Shown here: positions 61,954 to 64,000 of the stretch, in pieces
Position numbering within the stretch: the stretch's first letter is position 1
Layout: each line of letters opens with the position of its first letter
Program-made: the position numbers and the translations under genes
Notes under the pieces: generated by a model
Seen by the model: the letters and a program-made list of their open reading frames with translations, nothing else
Told to the model about the DNA's origin: nothing
The model's database searches: none
Source of the DNA: Sphyrna mokarran
Taxonomy: Eukaryota
Direction: 5' to 3'
DNA length: 64,000 bases
Assembly: GCA_024679065.1 (NCBI GenBank)
Contig: JAGIQG010000003.1
Location: 21,948,001 to 22,012,000, forward strand

Positions 61954-63273
61954 AATAACTCTAAGCAGGACTTTCCATCCCTGCCTGAAGTCAAAGGATT
62001 TCTGGCTGGTTCGTCAAATTTTCCATCTGACCTGTTACAGTTCTCACTAGTTGACTTTAAGGGATTAAGTCAGTGGCATTTCAGTAATGGGTTGGCACTT
62101 GCAGCATCCAGTGGTGGAAAAACTCCTTTCCCTACATAAATACATAGGAAATCACAACTTCTCCAACGTCAGGCCTTCAGGATTAAGCCAGCAGCAAATG
62201 GAAAACTTTTATGCCAATTGAACTATGACTGATAAAACATGGCGTGTGTTCCAGGCGAGGTGGTCCATTTGGATTGTAGGTGAGTTGTTGTCTTTGTTGA
62301 ACACTGAGAAAAGGGGGAGAGAAGCAGGGGAATGTTCAGACCTAGACTACAAGGGTAAGGTGCCGGTGGGTGTGCAGATGGTAGTGGTTTTGAAAGAGGA
62401 TCTCAGGAGGTGATTAGACAGTAGGAAAGCGATGGGAGTTTTCAGGAGATGATATAGAACTATGAGGGGATGAATGGCGTAGAAGATTTAAAAGTTGCAA
62501 AATAAGATGAAGGCTTGTCTTCCAGACACTTATCATTCCAAATCTCAAATCTTGTTCTTCAAAGCCTGCTCAGAACATCACTGAAATCACCAGACAGCAG
62601 GCTTCACCACTTCCTGTCAGCTCCCACCAAGTGATTGCTAATGTTCCATGTGACTGCCACCTGCCCTTCTAAAGTTAAGATAAAATGCTGTGCAGACTGT
62701 TTGCCAACCTGTGAACAGAAATGGCCTCATGGCTTAAACTCTGCCCAGTGAGTCAAGTGTGTACAGAAATGCCAGACTGCTGAAGGACGAGCTGCCCTCT
62801 TGTAAAACAACACATTTATTGTTAGCAAACTGCCCTGCCTGTCTTAACTTCAGGATCAATTGAGAATTTACTTGTGAGATGCAGTACAACACCCTGCAGT
62901 GATGGACAGTGTTGACATTGTCAGCAGTGTAAAACAGGGACAGTGCAATCTTCTTCGCTTCTGCATTTATGGCAAAAATGGCTGACCCTAATAAATAGCA
63001 TCTTCAAAAATACCAACTAATGATCAATAATGTGCATATAGGCATTGCAGCAACAAATCAAAGGAAGTCTACTTCTATTAATTATCTTGATTCTCAATTG
63101 CCAGCCTAATTTAGTTTCCTGTTAAGGTACATAGACTCGTATATTATTGATTAAGTGGACATCTTCTGTAATTAAAAATAAACACTGGGATATGTCAGTA
63201 AATGATTGCAGAGTCCACAGATAATATCATGCTTACACATCCCACATTTACTTTTCTTGTAAAAGTAACGATT

Positions 63274-63570
63274 GTTTATTAGTCACAAGTAGGCTTACAT
63301 TAACACTGTAATGAAGTTACTGTGAAAATCCCCTAGTTGCCACATTCTGATGCCTGTTCGGGTACAATGAAGGAGAATTTAGCGTGGCCAATGCACCTAA
63401 CCAGCACGTCTTTCAGACTCTGGGAGGAAACCGGAGCACCTGGAGGAAACTCAAGTGGATATGAGGAGAACACGCAAACTTCACAAAGACAGTGACCCAA
63501 GCCGGGAATCGAACCCGGGTCCCTGGCGCTGTAAGGCAGCAATGCTAGCCACGGTGCCACCGAGCTGCCC
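63274..63570 (-). mobile_element. HE1-like V-SINE, intact, type-B tail
   Basis: Complete head, V-domain and tail; used as the reference for the interrupted copies. Confidence 0.93.
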
Positions 63571-64000
63571 TAAAGTGGCACTAATGAGTATGAGGACGTT
63601 AAATAGTTGATCTATTTTGAGCACTAACCGGATTTTTTTGTTTAACAGAAGCTGTGTCAGGCTGTGGGCAATATTATTTCATTTTTTACAATAGGTAAAG
63701 TCAAATAGAATTCACCATTATTTTAGATTTCTGCCTATCCAATGGTTCAAACACTCAATAAAATTAGGTAAATATTAACAACTTTAAGAATAAAACTGGA
63801 AGTGCAACCACAGTTTAGGCAGTATCTGGAAAAAAAAGTTAGTTATTTTCATCTGACAGAATGAAGCATTCAGGGCTTTTTTTGTTACCTGGAGAGTTTC
63901 TCCATTCAAATCCCAGCAAATGTGTTCCCTGTGTTAATAGAGTTGCAATCAAAAAAAGTACTACGTTTTAAAATTGGGAAATGAGATATACACATGAATG

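Larger units (their letters stand above)
54164..64000 (+). other. MECOM: MECOM intron after the PR-domain exon; the next exon (IFYRVV...MKSE) was not seen in the window
   Basis: GT donor at 54164. I found no acceptor followed by IFYR-like codons up to the window end. Confidence 0.7.

Overview
This is AT-rich, repeat-dense vertebrate genomic DNA. The repeat families (HE1-type V-SINEs, SacSINE1-like Deu-SINEs, CR1, Rex1/Babar, Penelope-like elements) point to a cartilaginous fish, probably a carcharhiniform shark (inference). The only coding feature I can support is a 132-nt internal exon on the + strand (54032-54163). It encodes part of the PR/SET domain of MECOM (MDS1-EVI1/PRDM3) and corresponds to MECOM exon 3 / EVI1 exon 2. 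The rest is the 3' end of the giant MDS1-EVI1 intron, the internal EVI1 promoter region (~50.1-51.7 kb) and the start of the next intron. Main regulatory observations: a full CTCF site ~2.7 kb upstream of the putative EVI1 first exon, a DR5 retinoic-acid element in that exon, and a ~14-kb CpG-retaining, TE-poor domain around the promoter. Main repeat observations: a V-SINE subfamily with a Rex1/Babar-like tail that is hit twice at nearly the same position by Rex1/Babar inserts, Penelope-type hammerhead ribozyme relics, a 39-bp minisatellite born inside a SINE, and a ~5-kb decayed strand-biased satellite. Almost all ORFs in the supplied track are spurious or TE-derived. Repeat boundaries are approximate (read by eye), and comparisons to human are from recall, not a search.
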